In this document: in pieces, positions 1 through 8,114 of the stretch
Position numbering within the stretch: position 1 is the stretch's first letter
Layout: each line of letters begins with the position of its first letter
Virus record (IMG/VR): IMGVR_UViG_3300021963_000025
Span: 1-64,000 of that record
Direction: 5' to 3' (one strand)
Length of the DNA stretch: 64,000 bases
Source of the DNA: a virus
Lineage: Duplodnaviria > Heunggongvirae > Uroviricota > Caudoviricetes
The notes under the pieces: model-generated
What the model was told of the DNA's origin: nothing
Seen by the model: only the letters and a program-made list of their open reading frames with translations
Database searches by the model: none
Made by a program: the position numbers and the translations under genes

Positions 1-195
1 CAAATACTATCCGCAATTAGTGATGTTAAAAATGCTAAAATAGATTTAACACAAAAACCGTCCGAAAAAAAGAAGGTAACATTAGGTTACATTGGAACAT
101 TTTATAGTAAGCTAATCGTGAAAAACGTTAAGAACTATTTAGTAGGAATTAACAAAGAAGAGAGAAGAGATACATTAACTAAATATGAATTAATA
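1..195 (+). CDS. 3' end of upstream CDS (partial, runs off window start)
   Basis: Frame 1 open from base 1 to TAA at 193-195; stop overlaps next start codon (TAATG). Confidence 0.45.
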
Positions 196-197
196 TA

Positions 198-1322
198 ATG
201 GAAAATCAAAATTCAGTTTGCTACATAGCAAAAATCAACGAAGTAAGGGCAATCGAAGGAGCAGATAACATCGAATTAGTTATCGCAGGTGGATGGAATG
301 CCATTACAAAGAAAGGTGAATATAATGTCGGAAATGCAGTGATAATTGCAACAACTGATGCAGTTATCCCAGAATCACTTTCTGAATCTATGGGAGTAAC
401 TAATTACTTAAGAAAGGGTAATAGAGTACGTACTGTAAAATTACGTGGAGTCTACTCAGAATGTTTAATCATTCCAGGAAACTATCTTAAGGCTAAATTT
501 TTAGTTGAAGGTGCCGACTGTATGGAAGCACTTGGTATTACTAAATACGAGCCACCAGTTAAACAAGTACAATTGGCATCTGGTAGAAAAATCAAATGGA
601 GAGATAACCAAAACTTCCATATCTACTACAAGTTTCCAAACTTGAAAAATGTAGCCGGAATGTTTACCCAAGAGGATGAGGTTCAAATCACCAGAAAAAT
701 CCACGGAACAAATGCCAGATTTGGTATTGTAAAGAAATCTAAATTGACCTTTATGGACAAAGTAAAGAAATTCTTTAGAATTGCTGACGAATGGGTTAAT
801 TATGAGTACATCTACGGTTCTCATAACTGTGAGAAAGGTTCTGACTCTCAAGGATTCTATTCAACTGACGTTTGGAGAACAATCGCAGAAACTTATGGTA
901 TCAAAGAAAGACTTTGGAACCAGGCTAAAAAATACAGTGCTGAAGATTTGGGTTCTGGATTGGTTCTTTATGGAGAAATCTATGGAGCAGGAATTCAAAA
1001 GAACTATGAATATGGTTTAACTGACATCAAGTTTGTTGGATTCGATATTACTGTAAATGGAGAATATTTAGCACCAGAAACTACTCATTTGGTAACTTCT
1101 TGTGATTTAGAACTTCCGCATGTAGAGGTACTTTACAATGGACCATGGTCTCAAGAGGTACAAGACGGCTATGTATTTAATAACTTCATTGAAGGTTCTA
1201 AAGTACCACATGAGGGAATTGTAATCAAACATGTATCTGGTGAGAGAAAGAAAGTAGCGAAGGTTATTAACCCAGACTACTTAATTTACGGTGAAAAGAA
1301 TAACGTAGGAGATTCTCACTAA
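198..1322 (+). CDS. ATP-dependent RNA ligase, Rnl2/Rnl5-like (N-terminal extra domain + nucleotidyltransferase domain)
   Basis: Motif I context TRKIHGTNARFG matches the T4 Rnl2 KIHGTN adenylylation motif; GEIYGAG and EGIVIKH..KKVAKV resemble ligase motifs IV/V; the ~165-aa N-terminal domain is reminiscent of Rnl5 (DraRnl/NgrRnl) architecture. Confidence 0.65.
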   Translation: MENQNSVCYIAKINEVRAIEGADNIELVIAGGWNAITKKGEYNVGNAVIIATTDAVIPESLSESMGVTNYLRKGNRVRTVKLRGVYSECLIIPGNYLKAKFLVEGADCMEALGITKYEPPVKQVQLASGRKIKWRDNQNFHIYYKFPNLKNVAGMFTQEDEVQITRKIHGTNARFGIVKKSKLTFMDKVKKFFRIADEWVNYEYIYGSHNCEKGSDSQGFYSTDVWRTIAETYGIKERLWNQAKKYSAEDLGSGLVLYGEIYGAGIQKNYEYGLTDIKFVGFDITVNGEYLAPETTHLVTSCDLELPHVEVLYNGPWSQEVQDGYVFNNFIEGSKVPHEGIVIKHVSGERKKVAKVINPDYLIYGEKNNVGDSH

Positions 1323-1777
1323 TGGCTGTAGATTATAAAAGAGTCCTCCTAGGAATGCTAGGAGAAAAGATAGTAGCAAAACATTTTAGGGATTCCGGAC
1401 ATCAGGTCGAGGAATCCCTAAATGTCTTTGACTCGGACAAAGATATGGTAATTGATGGATATAATGTTGAGGTAAAAACAAATGCACCCCTAATTTATTA
1501 CGATTCATTCTCGTTTAAAAAGAATCAATACGATAAAATCATGAATTCACATCGAGTTTATTGGGTTTCGGTTCCGTTGCAAACACAAGAGGACAAGTTC
1601 GCTGGATGTGTTTTTGAAATGGACCCTAAGGTTGCAAAGTTACATACAATTACTTTTAACTCCGGACAAACTGCAATAGGTCTCCGTCGACAACAAGAGG
1701 GAATGAAGATAATCCATCGAATTGAAGATACTACAATATTAAAACAACTAAGGGAACTATCATCTTCATATTTATAA
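1322..1777 (+). CDS. hypothetical protein, possible PD-(D/E)xK/YraN-like nuclease fold
   Basis: ORF start overlaps upstream stop (TAATG); D-x(n)-VEVKT pattern resembles UPF0102/YraN-type endonuclease core; weak. Confidence 0.5.
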   Translation: MAVDYKRVLLGMLGEKIVAKHFRDSGHQVEESLNVFDSDKDMVIDGYNVEVKTNAPLIYYDSFSFKKNQYDKIMNSHRVYWVSVPLQTQEDKFAGCVFEMDPKVAKLHTITFNSGQTAIGLRRQQEGMKIIHRIEDTTILKQLRELSSSYL

Positions 1778-1789
1778 GATATATAGTAC

Positions 1790-2491
1790 ATGAAACGTAT
1801 TAAATTATTTGAGGAATTTATTTCTGAAGCAGAAGAAAAAGAAATAAACAAAGGCCCACTGGATAACGCCGATATTAATAAAGCACTTGATAAAAAGGCT
1901 AAAGAATCTGGAGTTCCAATAGGAATCCTTAGAGCAGTAATGCGAAGAGGAATGGGAGCTTGGAATAGTAGCCACCGCGCTGGCGTAAGTCAAGAGGCTT
2001 GGGGATATGCCAGAGTAAATGCATTCCTTGAGAAAGGTGAAGGAACTTGGCAAAATGCTGACGCTGACCTGGCAAAACAGGTTCGAGACGGCGGACATGA
2101 TAAAAAGTTACCATATAAAGTTGAAGAGTCCCTAAACGAGGCTGAAGAGACTTACAATGACTATCCAGCAGCCGCAAAGGAGAATGCAAAGAAGGCATTG
2201 GATTGGAGAGACCAGTATGGTCGTGATGAAGTAACTGCAGGTACTCCAGTTGGATGGCAGCGTGCTAATCAATTGGCAAAAGGTGAAAAACTTTCTCTAG
2301 ATGTTGTTTCCAGAATGGCACAATTTAATCGTCATAGAAAAAACTCAAAGATAGCACCAGAACATAAATCAGAGCCATGGAAGGACAATGGATATGTTGC
2401 ATGGTTAATTTGGGGAGGAGATGAAGGAGTTGATTGGGCTATGAAAAAAATGGATGAAATTAATAAAACCAAAGATAATGAAAAAAATTAA
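1790..2491 (+). CDS. hypothetical protein with N-terminal peptide MKRIKLFEEFISEAEEKE shared with next gene (possible capsid-targeting signal)
   Basis: 233-aa ORF; N-terminal 16 aa nearly identical to N-terminus of CDS 2478-3020; no recognisable catalytic motifs. Confidence 0.65.
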   Translation: MKRIKLFEEFISEAEEKEINKGPLDNADINKALDKKAKESGVPIGILRAVMRRGMGAWNSSHRAGVSQEAWGYARVNAFLEKGEGTWQNADADLAKQVRDGGHDKKLPYKVEESLNEAEETYNDYPAAAKENAKKALDWRDQYGRDEVTAGTPVGWQRANQLAKGEKLSLDVVSRMAQFNRHRKNSKIAPEHKSEPWKDNGYVAWLIWGGDEGVDWAMKKMDEINKTKDNEKN

Positions 2492-3020
2492 ACTATTCGA
2501 AGAGTTCCTAAATGAAAAGGAGAAAGTAACTTATGGTGCAAATTGCGCAATGTTATATTTTGACTTTCCAGCAATGGCAACCCTTCATCAATCGATTAAT
2601 CCTCGTGACATCTACATGGTAGAAAACAACGAGAGTTATGGACTTGAAACTGAACCACACTGTACACTTCTTTATGGAATTGAACCTCAAGTAACAGTGG
2701 ACCAAGTTGCAAAAAAACTTGAAGGAATTAAATTTGGAGAGTGTAAGGCACATAACCTTTCTCTTTTTGAAAATGAAAAATTTGACGTACTAAAATTTGA
2801 TATGGAAGGTGATAATCTTCACAATGCAAATAAGGCACTTACTGAATTACCATATAAAACGGACTATCCGGATTATATGCCCCACATGACTGTTGCATAT
2901 TTAAAACCTGGAAAAGGTTCTGAATATCTAAAGATATTAAACTCGCAAGAACATTCTCTCAAACCGCTGCATATTGTTTACAGTATGACAGACGGCTCTA
3001 AACAAAAAATAGATTTATAA
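2478..3020 (+). CDS. 2H phosphoesterase superfamily protein (LigT/cyclic phosphodiesterase-like)
   Basis: Two H-x-T-x motifs (EPHCTLLYG and MPHMTVAYL) with spacing typical of the 2H/LigT fold; start chosen at MKKIKLFEEF (2478) because of N-terminal homology with CDS 1790. Confidence 0.6.
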   Translation: MKKIKLFEEFLNEKEKVTYGANCAMLYFDFPAMATLHQSINPRDIYMVENNESYGLETEPHCTLLYGIEPQVTVDQVAKKLEGIKFGECKAHNLSLFENEKFDVLKFDMEGDNLHNANKALTELPYKTDYPDYMPHMTVAYLKPGKGSEYLKILNSQEHSLKPLHIVYSMTDGSKQKIDL

Positions 3021-3023
3021 ATT

Positions 3024-3197
3024 ATGACACTAGAAAAAACATTAGGAGTTATTAGACACGCATTAACATTCGGAGGAGGTTTCCTTGTAACTTCAGGTTA
3101 CTTGACAGAATCTACTCTTGATACTGGAATCGGTGCATTAGTAACACTTATTGGTGTAATTTGGTCAGTTATTGATAAGAATAAAAAAACAGTATAA
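3024..3197 (+). CDS. small membrane protein (57 aa)
   Basis: Short ORF not in supplied track; hydrophobic GGGFLVTSGYL...GIGALVTLIGVIW segments; fills gap after upstream stop. Confidence 0.35.
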   Translation: MTLEKTLGVIRHALTFGGGFLVTSGYLTESTLDTGIGALVTLIGVIWSVIDKNKKTV

Positions 3198-3262
3198 TTT
3201 GAAACAAATAGGTTTCAGACTGTATAACTATTAAATTATTAATAACAATAAACCAAACAAAA

Positions 3263-3439
3263 ATGAAAAAAGTATTTTTAGCTTTATCTTTAGTATTCGC
3301 TTTAGCGGTAGTTGGATGTAAGCAAGCACAAGCCACAGATTCTACAACAACAGATTCAACTGCAGTAGTGGTTGATTCAGTAAAAGTAGATTCTACAACA
3401 GTTCAAGTTGACACTGTAAAAGTTGACACTGTAAAGTAA
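3263..3439 (+). CDS. small lipoprotein (58 aa) with threonine/valine-rich repeats
   Basis: Signal peptide MKKVFLALSLVFALAVVGC with lipobox cysteine; followed by terminator hairpin. Confidence 0.45.
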   Translation: MKKVFLALSLVFALAVVGCKQAQATDSTTTDSTAVVVDSVKVDSTTVQVDTVKVDTVK

Positions 3440-3464
3440 TTAAAACTTTAACAAAATTTTAACA

Positions 3465-3492
3465 CTCCAGACTTTCGGGTCTGGAGTTTTTT
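3465..3492 (+). terminator. rho-independent terminator hairpin
   Basis: ctccagac-loop-gtctggag followed by a T-run; part of the recurrent intergenic cassette. Confidence 0.6.
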
Positions 3493-3520
3493 GATTATAT
3501 TTACATTATAATTAAAACAA
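3491..3520 (+). promoter_or_regulatory. conserved promoter-like cassette motif (TTGATTATATTTACAT..AATTAAAACAA)
   Basis: One of >20 near-identical copies located 5-15 nt upstream of start codons. Confidence 0.55.
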
Positions 3521-3521
3521 T

Positions 3522-3746
3522 ATGATACGAAGTAAACAAGAAAAGAACGGACCAATTATTATAGACCTTACAGGTCCTGACGGAAATGCATACGCTCTTA
3601 TGGCCTATGCTAGAAGATTTGCAACCCAATTAGGATGGTTGGACTGTGGTTCGGCACTTATTCAAGAAATGATGAGTGGAGACTATGAGCATCTTTTACA
3701 AGTATTTGATAATGCATTCGGTGAATATGTAATCCTAGAGCGATAA
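3522..3746 (+). CDS. hypothetical protein
   Basis: 74-aa ORF directly after the promoter cassette; stop overlaps next start. Confidence 0.55.
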   Translation: MIRSKQEKNGPIIIDLTGPDGNAYALMAYARRFATQLGWLDCGSALIQEMMSGDYEHLLQVFDNAFGEYVILER

Positions 3747-4090
3747 TGGCTAAATATAAAATACCCAGAGACAGGGTCTTTAAAGACTTTGGAATCATGA
3801 AAACAATTAGTGGTACCTACATATGTCCGGGTTGGATTCCTGTAGATGAGGGAACCACTAGAGAGGATGTAGAGTTCAGTGACGATATAATTATTGAGAA
3901 ACCAATCAATTCAACAGAATTGAAGCCTGAGACTCAGAAGGACCTTGAATTTAAGGTACCATCATCAAATGGAAAATCTGAATACTTGGTTAAATTTCAG
4001 AGAGGGGTTTGGAGTTGTAACTGTCCCGCATCAAGTTTCCGAAGAGGAGATTGTAAGCATATCAAAGCACAACAATGCGTACAAGGATAG
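3746..4090 (+). CDS. SWIM-type zinc-finger protein
   Basis: C-terminal CNCPASSFRRGDCKH fits the CxCx(n)CxH SWIM pattern. Confidence 0.55.
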   Translation: MAKYKIPRDRVFKDFGIMKTISGTYICPGWIPVDEGTTREDVEFSDDIIIEKPINSTELKPETQKDLEFKVPSSNGKSEYLVKFQRGVWSCNCPASSFRRGDCKHIKAQQCVQG

Positions 4091-4368
4091 TTCACCTCAA
4101 AAAGGAACCTTATGATGTTTATATTGGACGACCCTCGAAGTGGGGAAATCCATACTCTCATAAGGAGGGAACACTAGCCGAATTTAAAGTTCAAAACCGG
4201 GCAGAGGCCATAGAAAAATATGAAAAATATTTGCTCGAAAATGAAACTTTATTTAACTCTCTGATAGAATTAAAGGGAAAAACTCTTGGATGTTGGTGTA
4301 AACCTAATAAATGTCATGGAGATATACTCGTAAAGTGGTCGAATTCAATTGAAAATCAACTATTTTAA
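4075..4368 (+). CDS. DUF4326-like phage protein
   Basis: YDVYIGRPSKWGNPY ... CWCKPNKCHGD pattern typical of DUF4326 family proteins common in phages. Confidence 0.55.
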   Translation: MRTRIVHLKKEPYDVYIGRPSKWGNPYSHKEGTLAEFKVQNRAEAIEKYEKYLLENETLFNSLIELKGKTLGCWCKPNKCHGDILVKWSNSIENQLF

Positions 4369-4654
4369 AATAATTTAAAAATAATTCAAATTTACATTGA
4401 ATTTTTTGAAACAAAAAGATATATAATACTATAATATACATAAGAAAAAATTCTTATATATAATTAACACAAATAAAACAAGCAATAATGCAAGCAATTC
4501 AAAGACATATCAATTTAATGGAACAGCCAGTCCTTACGACAGGTCGCCCGATATGTGCCTCTTATTTTAGTAATGGGGATTGGAAGCATAGTGGTTCTTT
4601 TGAAACAAAACAGGTTAATATGAGTTAAGCTCTATTAACATAACAATATTCAAA

Positions 4655-4686
4655 AGGACCTTTCAGAAATGATTGGTCCTTTTTTG
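4655..4686 (+). terminator. rho-independent terminator hairpin
   Basis: aggacc ... ggtcct stem followed by TTTTTT, upstream of the tRNA cluster. Confidence 0.5.
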
Positions 4687-4695
4687 ATTTTATAT

Positions 4696-4766
4696 GTTTC
4701 GTTGGTCGATTGGTTAGGCACTGGATTGCAAACTCAGTTAGGTTGGTTCGATTCCAACACGAAACT
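4696..4766 (+). tRNA. tRNA-Cys(GCA)-like, irregular D-arm
   Basis: 7-bp acceptor gtttcgt/acgaaac, T-arm gttgg-ttcgatt-ccaac, anticodon loop ttGCAaa; the D-stem does not pair cleanly. Confidence 0.45.
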
Positions 4767-4820
4767 CAAAATAAAACTTTAACAAAATTTTAACATTTAA
4801 AGTTTTACCGATTAAAAGAT

Positions 4821-4850
4821 TTGTATTATATTTACATATCAAATTAGAAC
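4821..4850 (+). promoter_or_regulatory. conserved promoter-like cassette motif, tRNA-operon variant
   Basis: ttgtattatatttacatatcaaattagaacaaagg precedes tRNA-Gly; same motif repeated at 5987. Confidence 0.5.
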
Positions 4851-4882
4851 AAAGGTTCTTTGACATACTGATAACACAATTT

Positions 4883-4954
4883 GCAGCTGTCGTATAATGG
4901 CTATTACTTTAGACTTCCAATCTAAAGATGAGGGTTCGATTCCCTCCAGCTGCT
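4883..4954 (+). tRNA. tRNA-Gly(TCC)
   Basis: Acceptor gcagctg/cagctgc, anticodon stem ctttaga/tctaaag with loop cTTCCaa, T-arm gaggg-ttcgatt-ccctc. Confidence 0.7.
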
Positions 4955-5264
4955 CAATGTATTGATTACCGGCCACAAGCCTCGCACCTTTACCCTAAAT
5001 CGTAGGGATATACTCAAAATGGTGAGACCGGGAAGCTTTCGTAACCGCATCCAAGTGGGCAGTAGGGGATGACGAAAAGAAATAAATTGTATAATGGCGA
5101 AAATATGGAATCGGCCGATAAACATAGAAGTAGCATGTAACGAATATCCGAAAGGAGAATAACGAAGCTCAGCGGTATCAATCAAACACCTCCTCGCGGT
5201 GATACTGGAAATTAGTCATGAACCATCCGGATGGAAAGCAACTAAAACCAAGTTTGAATAATAA

Positions 5265-5335
5265 TGGCTTATAGTGTAACGGTAGCACAAAACACTTTGA
5301 CTGTTTTAGCCCAGGTTCGAATCCTGGTAAGCCAA
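5265..5335 (+). tRNA. tRNA-Gln(TTG)
   Basis: Acceptor tggctta/taagcca, anticodon stem aaaca/tgttt with loop cTTTGac, T-arm ccagg-ttcgaat-cctgg. Confidence 0.65.
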
Positions 5336-5498
5336 CAAATAATTGTAAGTATCGAAAGCCCATCCCAACGCTTGATCAGTAAGTAGGACGGTTAGTATTG
5401 AAAACATTATTAGTAAGTGGTGGAGAAATCCATGCGGAGAAAACGATGCAAGACGCAAGCACAGGGAACCAGCCCGATGGCTTTACTTACGAATATTT

Positions 5499-5569
5499 CT
5501 AGTAGCGAAGCCCGGTTTCATGCCTCACTTGGACTGAGGAGTACGCAGGTTCGAATCCTGCCTATTAGA
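5499..5569 (+). tRNA. tRNA-Pro(TGG)
   Basis: Acceptor ctagtag/ctattag (one G-U), anticodon stem cctca/tgagg with loop cTTGGac, T-arm gcagg-ttcgaat-cctgc; D-arm irregular. Confidence 0.55.
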
Positions 5570-5703
5570 CAAAAAGGATGGTTGCTGCAAAAAATACAAA
5601 TTAGGCTGTTAACCTCGTGGTCGTCGGTTCGAATCCGGCCACTGCTCTTCGGAGTAGTGTAGCTCAGCTGGTAGAGCACGTACAAAAAACCCATCCTGAA
5701 TTT

Positions 5704-5784
5704 GCCCGGGTGGTGGAATTGGTAGACACACTAGACTTAGAATCTAGCGCGAAAGCATTGAGGGTTCGAGTCCCTCCCTGGGTA
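5704..5784 (+). tRNA. tRNA-Leu(TAG), class II
   Basis: gcccggg acceptor, D region tggtggaattggtagacac typical of Leu tRNAs, anticodon stem ctaga/tctag with loop cTTAGaa, long variable arm, T-arm gaggg-ttcgagt-ccctc. Confidence 0.65.
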
Positions 5785-5864
5785 CAAAATTAAAGTTAGC
5801 TTATAGTAAAGCAACCCACGTGGTAGTGGGCGAAGGGATTCAAACACCCACTTTAATTTAATTT

Positions 5865-5936
5865 GCTTCTGAAACATAAATGGTAATGTACTTGATTTGT
5901 ACTCAAGAAAACGGGGTTCGATTCCTCGCAGAAGCT
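5865..5936 (+). tRNA. tRNA-Thr(TGT)
   Basis: Acceptor gcttctg/cagaagc, D-stem acat/atgt, anticodon stem cttga/tcaag with loop tTTGTac, T-arm cgggg-ttcgatt-cctcg. Confidence 0.7.
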
Positions 5937-5986
5937 CTAAACTTTAACATAATTTTAACACTTAAAGTTTTCGGGTTTAAAAAACT

Positions 5987-6016
5987 TTGTTTATATTTAC
6001 ATAACAAATTAGAACA
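5987..6016 (+). promoter_or_regulatory. conserved promoter-like cassette motif, tRNA-operon variant
   Basis: tttgtttatatttacataacaaattagaacaaagg, duplicate of the 4821 copy, precedes tRNA-Glu. Confidence 0.5.
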
Positions 6017-6047
6017 AAGGTTCTTTGACATACTGATAACAAAAACT

Positions 6048-6119
6048 GCTGCGTTAGTGAAGAGGTTAACACGTATCACTTTCTATGATAAGGCACGGGT
6101 TCGAACCCCGTACGCAGTA
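6048..6119 (+). tRNA. tRNA-Glu(TTC)
   Basis: Acceptor gctgcgt/acgcagt, anticodon stem tatca/tgata with loop cTTTCta, T-arm acggg-ttcgaac-cccgt. Confidence 0.65.
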
Positions 6120-6177
6120 CAATTAACCTTTTTACCATTTTGCATGGATATATAGATTATAAAAACATCTAAATACT

Positions 6178-6828
6178 ATGCAAAGAGCACAAAGAAGGAA
6201 ATTTCATTACATCTATAAAACTACATGTATAATTACTGAAAGGTTTTATATTGGAATGCATTCAACTGACAATCTAGAAGATGGTTACATTGGTTCAGGT
6301 AAAAGATTATGGCATTCAATTAATAAACATGGAAAGGAGAATCATGTTTGCCAGATATTGGAATTCTTACCTGATAGAAAATCATTAGCCGAAAGAGAAA
6401 AGGAAATTGTTAATATTGAATTGATTGGCGAAGAACTATGTATGAATTTAAAAGTTGGTGGAGAAGGTGGTGGAAGAATATTTAATGAACAACATCTTTT
6501 AAATCTTAGAGAAGGAGCTAAAAAATGGATGACTAACAAATGGAAAGACAAAGATTTTGCTACTAAAATTAAAGAAACATTAAGACTAGCGATAATTAAA
6601 AATCACAAAGAAGGAAAAATCAAATACGACACATTTACTGGTAAATCACATAAAGTAGAATCTAAAAGATTAATTGGAGAAGCTAATTCCATTAAACAAA
6701 AAGGAGATAAAAATTCTCAATATGGTAAATGTTGGATAACAAATGAAATTGAATCTAAAAAAATCTATAAAGGTGATACAATACCTGAAGGATGGAGATT
6801 AGGTAGAAAAATGAAACTAAAAATTTAG
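6178..6828 (+). CDS. GIY-YIG homing endonuclease (free-standing, inside tRNA cluster)
   Basis: N-terminal HYIYKTTCIITERFYIGMHS...GSGKRLW GIY-YIG motif; paralogue of CDS 9218-9874. Confidence 0.75.
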   Translation: MQRAQRRKFHYIYKTTCIITERFYIGMHSTDNLEDGYIGSGKRLWHSINKHGKENHVCQILEFLPDRKSLAEREKEIVNIELIGEELCMNLKVGGEGGGRIFNEQHLLNLREGAKKWMTNKWKDKDFATKIKETLRLAIIKNHKEGKIKYDTFTGKSHKVESKRLIGEANSIKQKGDKNSQYGKCWITNEIESKKIYKGDTIPEGWRLGRKMKLKI

Positions 6829-6876
6829 AAATATTATACATTGGTTCGCACTAAACAGTAGAGGAAGTGTAATTTT

Positions 6877-6948
6877 GGGGCTATCGTATAACGGCAATTA
6901 CAATGGTTTTGCAAATCATAAATTAGGGTTCGATTCCCTATAGCTCCA
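6877..6948 (+). tRNA. tRNA-Ala(TGC)
   Basis: Acceptor ggggcta/tagctcc with the G3:U70 Ala identity pair, anticodon stem atggt/atcat with loop tTTGCaa, T-arm taggg-ttcgatt-cccta. Confidence 0.7.
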
Positions 6949-6956
6949 CAACAAAA

Positions 6957-7032
6957 GGTCTTGTGAGCCCCATTGGCCGGGGAATTGCACTGTCACTGCT
7001 CTAAAATGAGGGTTCGAAACCCTCCGGGACCG
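6957..7032 (+). tRNA. tRNA-like element with encoded CCA, non-canonical core
   Basis: Acceptor ggtcttg/cgggacc and T-arm gaggg-ttcgaaa-ccctc followed by g-CCA, but no foldable D/anticodon arms found (direct repeat cactg-cactg instead). Confidence 0.3.
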
Positions 7033-7043
7033 CCATGAACAAT

Positions 7044-7117
7044 CGAGGTGTAGTAGAGTTGGTTACAATGTCGCCCTGTCACGGCGAAGGTCACGGGTTC
7101 GAGTCCCGTCATCTCGG
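7044..7117 (+). tRNA. tRNA-Asp(GTC)
   Basis: Acceptor cgaggtg/catctcg, anticodon stem tcgcc/ggcga with loop cTGTCac, T-arm acggg-ttcgagt-cccgt. Confidence 0.7.
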
Positions 7118-7270
7118 CAAATCTTAAGAAGTAATTAATCTTAAGACTGAATGGTTCGAAACATTCGGAATGATTATGGTGTATGGTGCACGGTAGAAGG
7201 TAGTAAGTCCGGAAGTGGCTGAGGGTGGAAACAGGATTAAGGTTCAAATCCTTACTAATCAACTAACATA

Positions 7271-7338
7271 GCGGGGTAGTGTAAAGGTAGCATGAAGGGC
7301 TCATAACCCTTAGGTCGGGTTCGAATCCTGCGACCGCA
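7271..7338 (+). tRNA. tRNA-Met(CAT)-like, initiator-like anticodon stem; ends uncertain
   Basis: Anticodon stem aaggg/ccctt (three consecutive G-C pairs as in initiator tRNA) with loop cTCATaa; T-loop ttcgaat present but T-stem/acceptor pairing imperfect, so coordinates approximate. Confidence 0.4.
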
Positions 7339-7399
7339 ACTAAGTGATTTGGTTCTAGATGTTCCGGACGTTGGCTTTAATAACGTAAAAATCTAAATT

Positions 7400-7471
7400 G
7401 GATTCTTAGCTCAGAGGCAGAGCGGTTGTTTGTTAGGCAACGGGTCGAGATTTCGAAATTCTCAGAGTCCT
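7400..7471 (+). tRNA. tRNA-Asn(GTT)
   Basis: Acceptor ggattct/agagtcc, D-stem gctc/gagc, anticodon stem gttgt/gcaac with loop tTGTTag, T-arm gagat-ttcgaaa-ttctc (one mismatch). Confidence 0.55.
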
Positions 7472-7477
7472 CAAAAT

Positions 7478-7549
7478 TCTTCTCTCGTATAAAGGTTATT
7501 ACGGTTGACTGTTAATCAATTTATCTAGGTTCGAGTCCTAGGGGAAGAG
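7478..7549 (+). tRNA. tRNA-Asn(GTT), second copy
   Basis: Acceptor tcttctc/gggaaga, anticodon stem gttga/tcaat with loop cTGTTaa, T-arm ctagg-ttcgagt-cctag. Confidence 0.55.
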
Positions 7550-7614
7550 CAAATTACCATTAAGGAATGATACGAGCCCCCAAAGTTCGAAAAGAGTCAG
7601 ATGGTAATTAAATT

Positions 7615-7686
7615 GCTCCTATAGTAGAATGGTTAGCACACATCTCTGATAAGGATGAAATGGAGGTTCAATTCCTTCTAGGAGTA
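7615..7686 (+). tRNA. tRNA-Ile(GAT)
   Basis: Acceptor gctccta/taggagt, anticodon stem catct/ggatg with loop cTGATaa, T-arm ggagg-ttcaatt-ccttc. Confidence 0.65.
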
Positions 7687-7694
7687 CAAAAATT

Positions 7695-7775
7695 GGGTAG
7701 CAAAAGTCGTTCGGATACGGCAGCCGGTCTGTAAAATCGGTCCTCACGGGAGTGGTTCGAGTCCACTGCTGCCCA
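7695..7775 (+). tRNA. tRNA-Tyr(GTA), class II
   Basis: Acceptor gggtagc/gctgccc, anticodon stem ccggt/atcgg with loop cTGTAaa, long variable arm, T-arm agtgg-ttcgagt-ccact. Confidence 0.65.
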
Positions 7776-7857
7776 CGAAGAAGGAGCTGTGGGTTCGAGT
7801 CCCACCTGGCCTAGCTGAAACTGGGTCGGTAGAGAAATTGGCACACTCGCCTTCGTA

Positions 7858-7931
7858 GGGGTCTTTTGTATAGCTGGTGCGTACGCTAGTCTGAAGAACT
7901 AGAGGAACAGGTTCGATTCCTGTAGGACCCA
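7858..7931 (+). tRNA. tRNA-Phe(GAA)
   Basis: Acceptor gggtctt/aggaccc, D-stem gtat/gtac, anticodon stem ctagt/actag with loop cTGAAga, T-arm acagg-ttcgatt-cctgt. Confidence 0.7.
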
Positions 7932-8114
7932 CAAACAAGTCAGTAGTCGATGGTAGACGGCTAAATTTTTTAATCATTTATGTATGGACTATCTTAGACG
8001 TAAGGTGGAAAATCATAAAGGATTAAATAGAATATGACTCTGAAAGGTCGACAAGATGAGAGTATTTAACAAGATTTAGTAGGCAGGTTCGATCCCTGTT
8101 ATGTGGCTCAAAAA

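Noticed and set aside
501-2753. Antisense ORFs inside the RNA ligase and neighbouring genes (501-851, 1558-1851, 1805-2098, 1929-2198, 2553-2753 minus)
   Set aside because: Fully embedded opposite to longer, motif-bearing plus-strand genes.
4488-4628. 46-aa ORF (MQAIQRHINLMEQPVLTTGRPICASYF...) in the AT-rich region before the tRNA cluster
   Set aside because: No promoter cassette or RBS and low coding-like composition; not called, although a terminator follows at 4655-4686.
4922-5363. Minus-strand ORFs (4922-5185, 5178-5363) and plus ORFs 5417-5662, 5880-6155 from the six-frame track
   Set aside because: They lie across tRNA genes and GC-rich structured spacers; the open frames are an artefact of tRNA-dense, stop-poor sequence.
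7171-7262. T-arm-like hairpin taagg-ttcaaat-cctta with candidate acceptor partners
   Set aside because: No combination of acceptor, D- and anticodon arms could be folded consistently; left uncalled rather than reported as a tRNA.
7554-7614. Hairpin attaccat...atggtaat with an internal ttcgaaa
   Set aside because: The 41-nt loop and absence of acceptor/anticodon arms make this a plain inverted repeat, not a tRNA.
7776-7857. Isolated perfect T-arm gtggg-ttcgagt-cccac between tRNA-Tyr and tRNA-Phe
   Set aside because: Only 12 nt separate it from the previous tRNA, so no 5' half exists; probably a tRNA gene fragment.
8030-8109. T-arm gcagg-ttcgatc-cctgt followed by tatgtgg
   Set aside because: No complementary 5' acceptor strand found upstream; fragment or highly degenerate tRNA.
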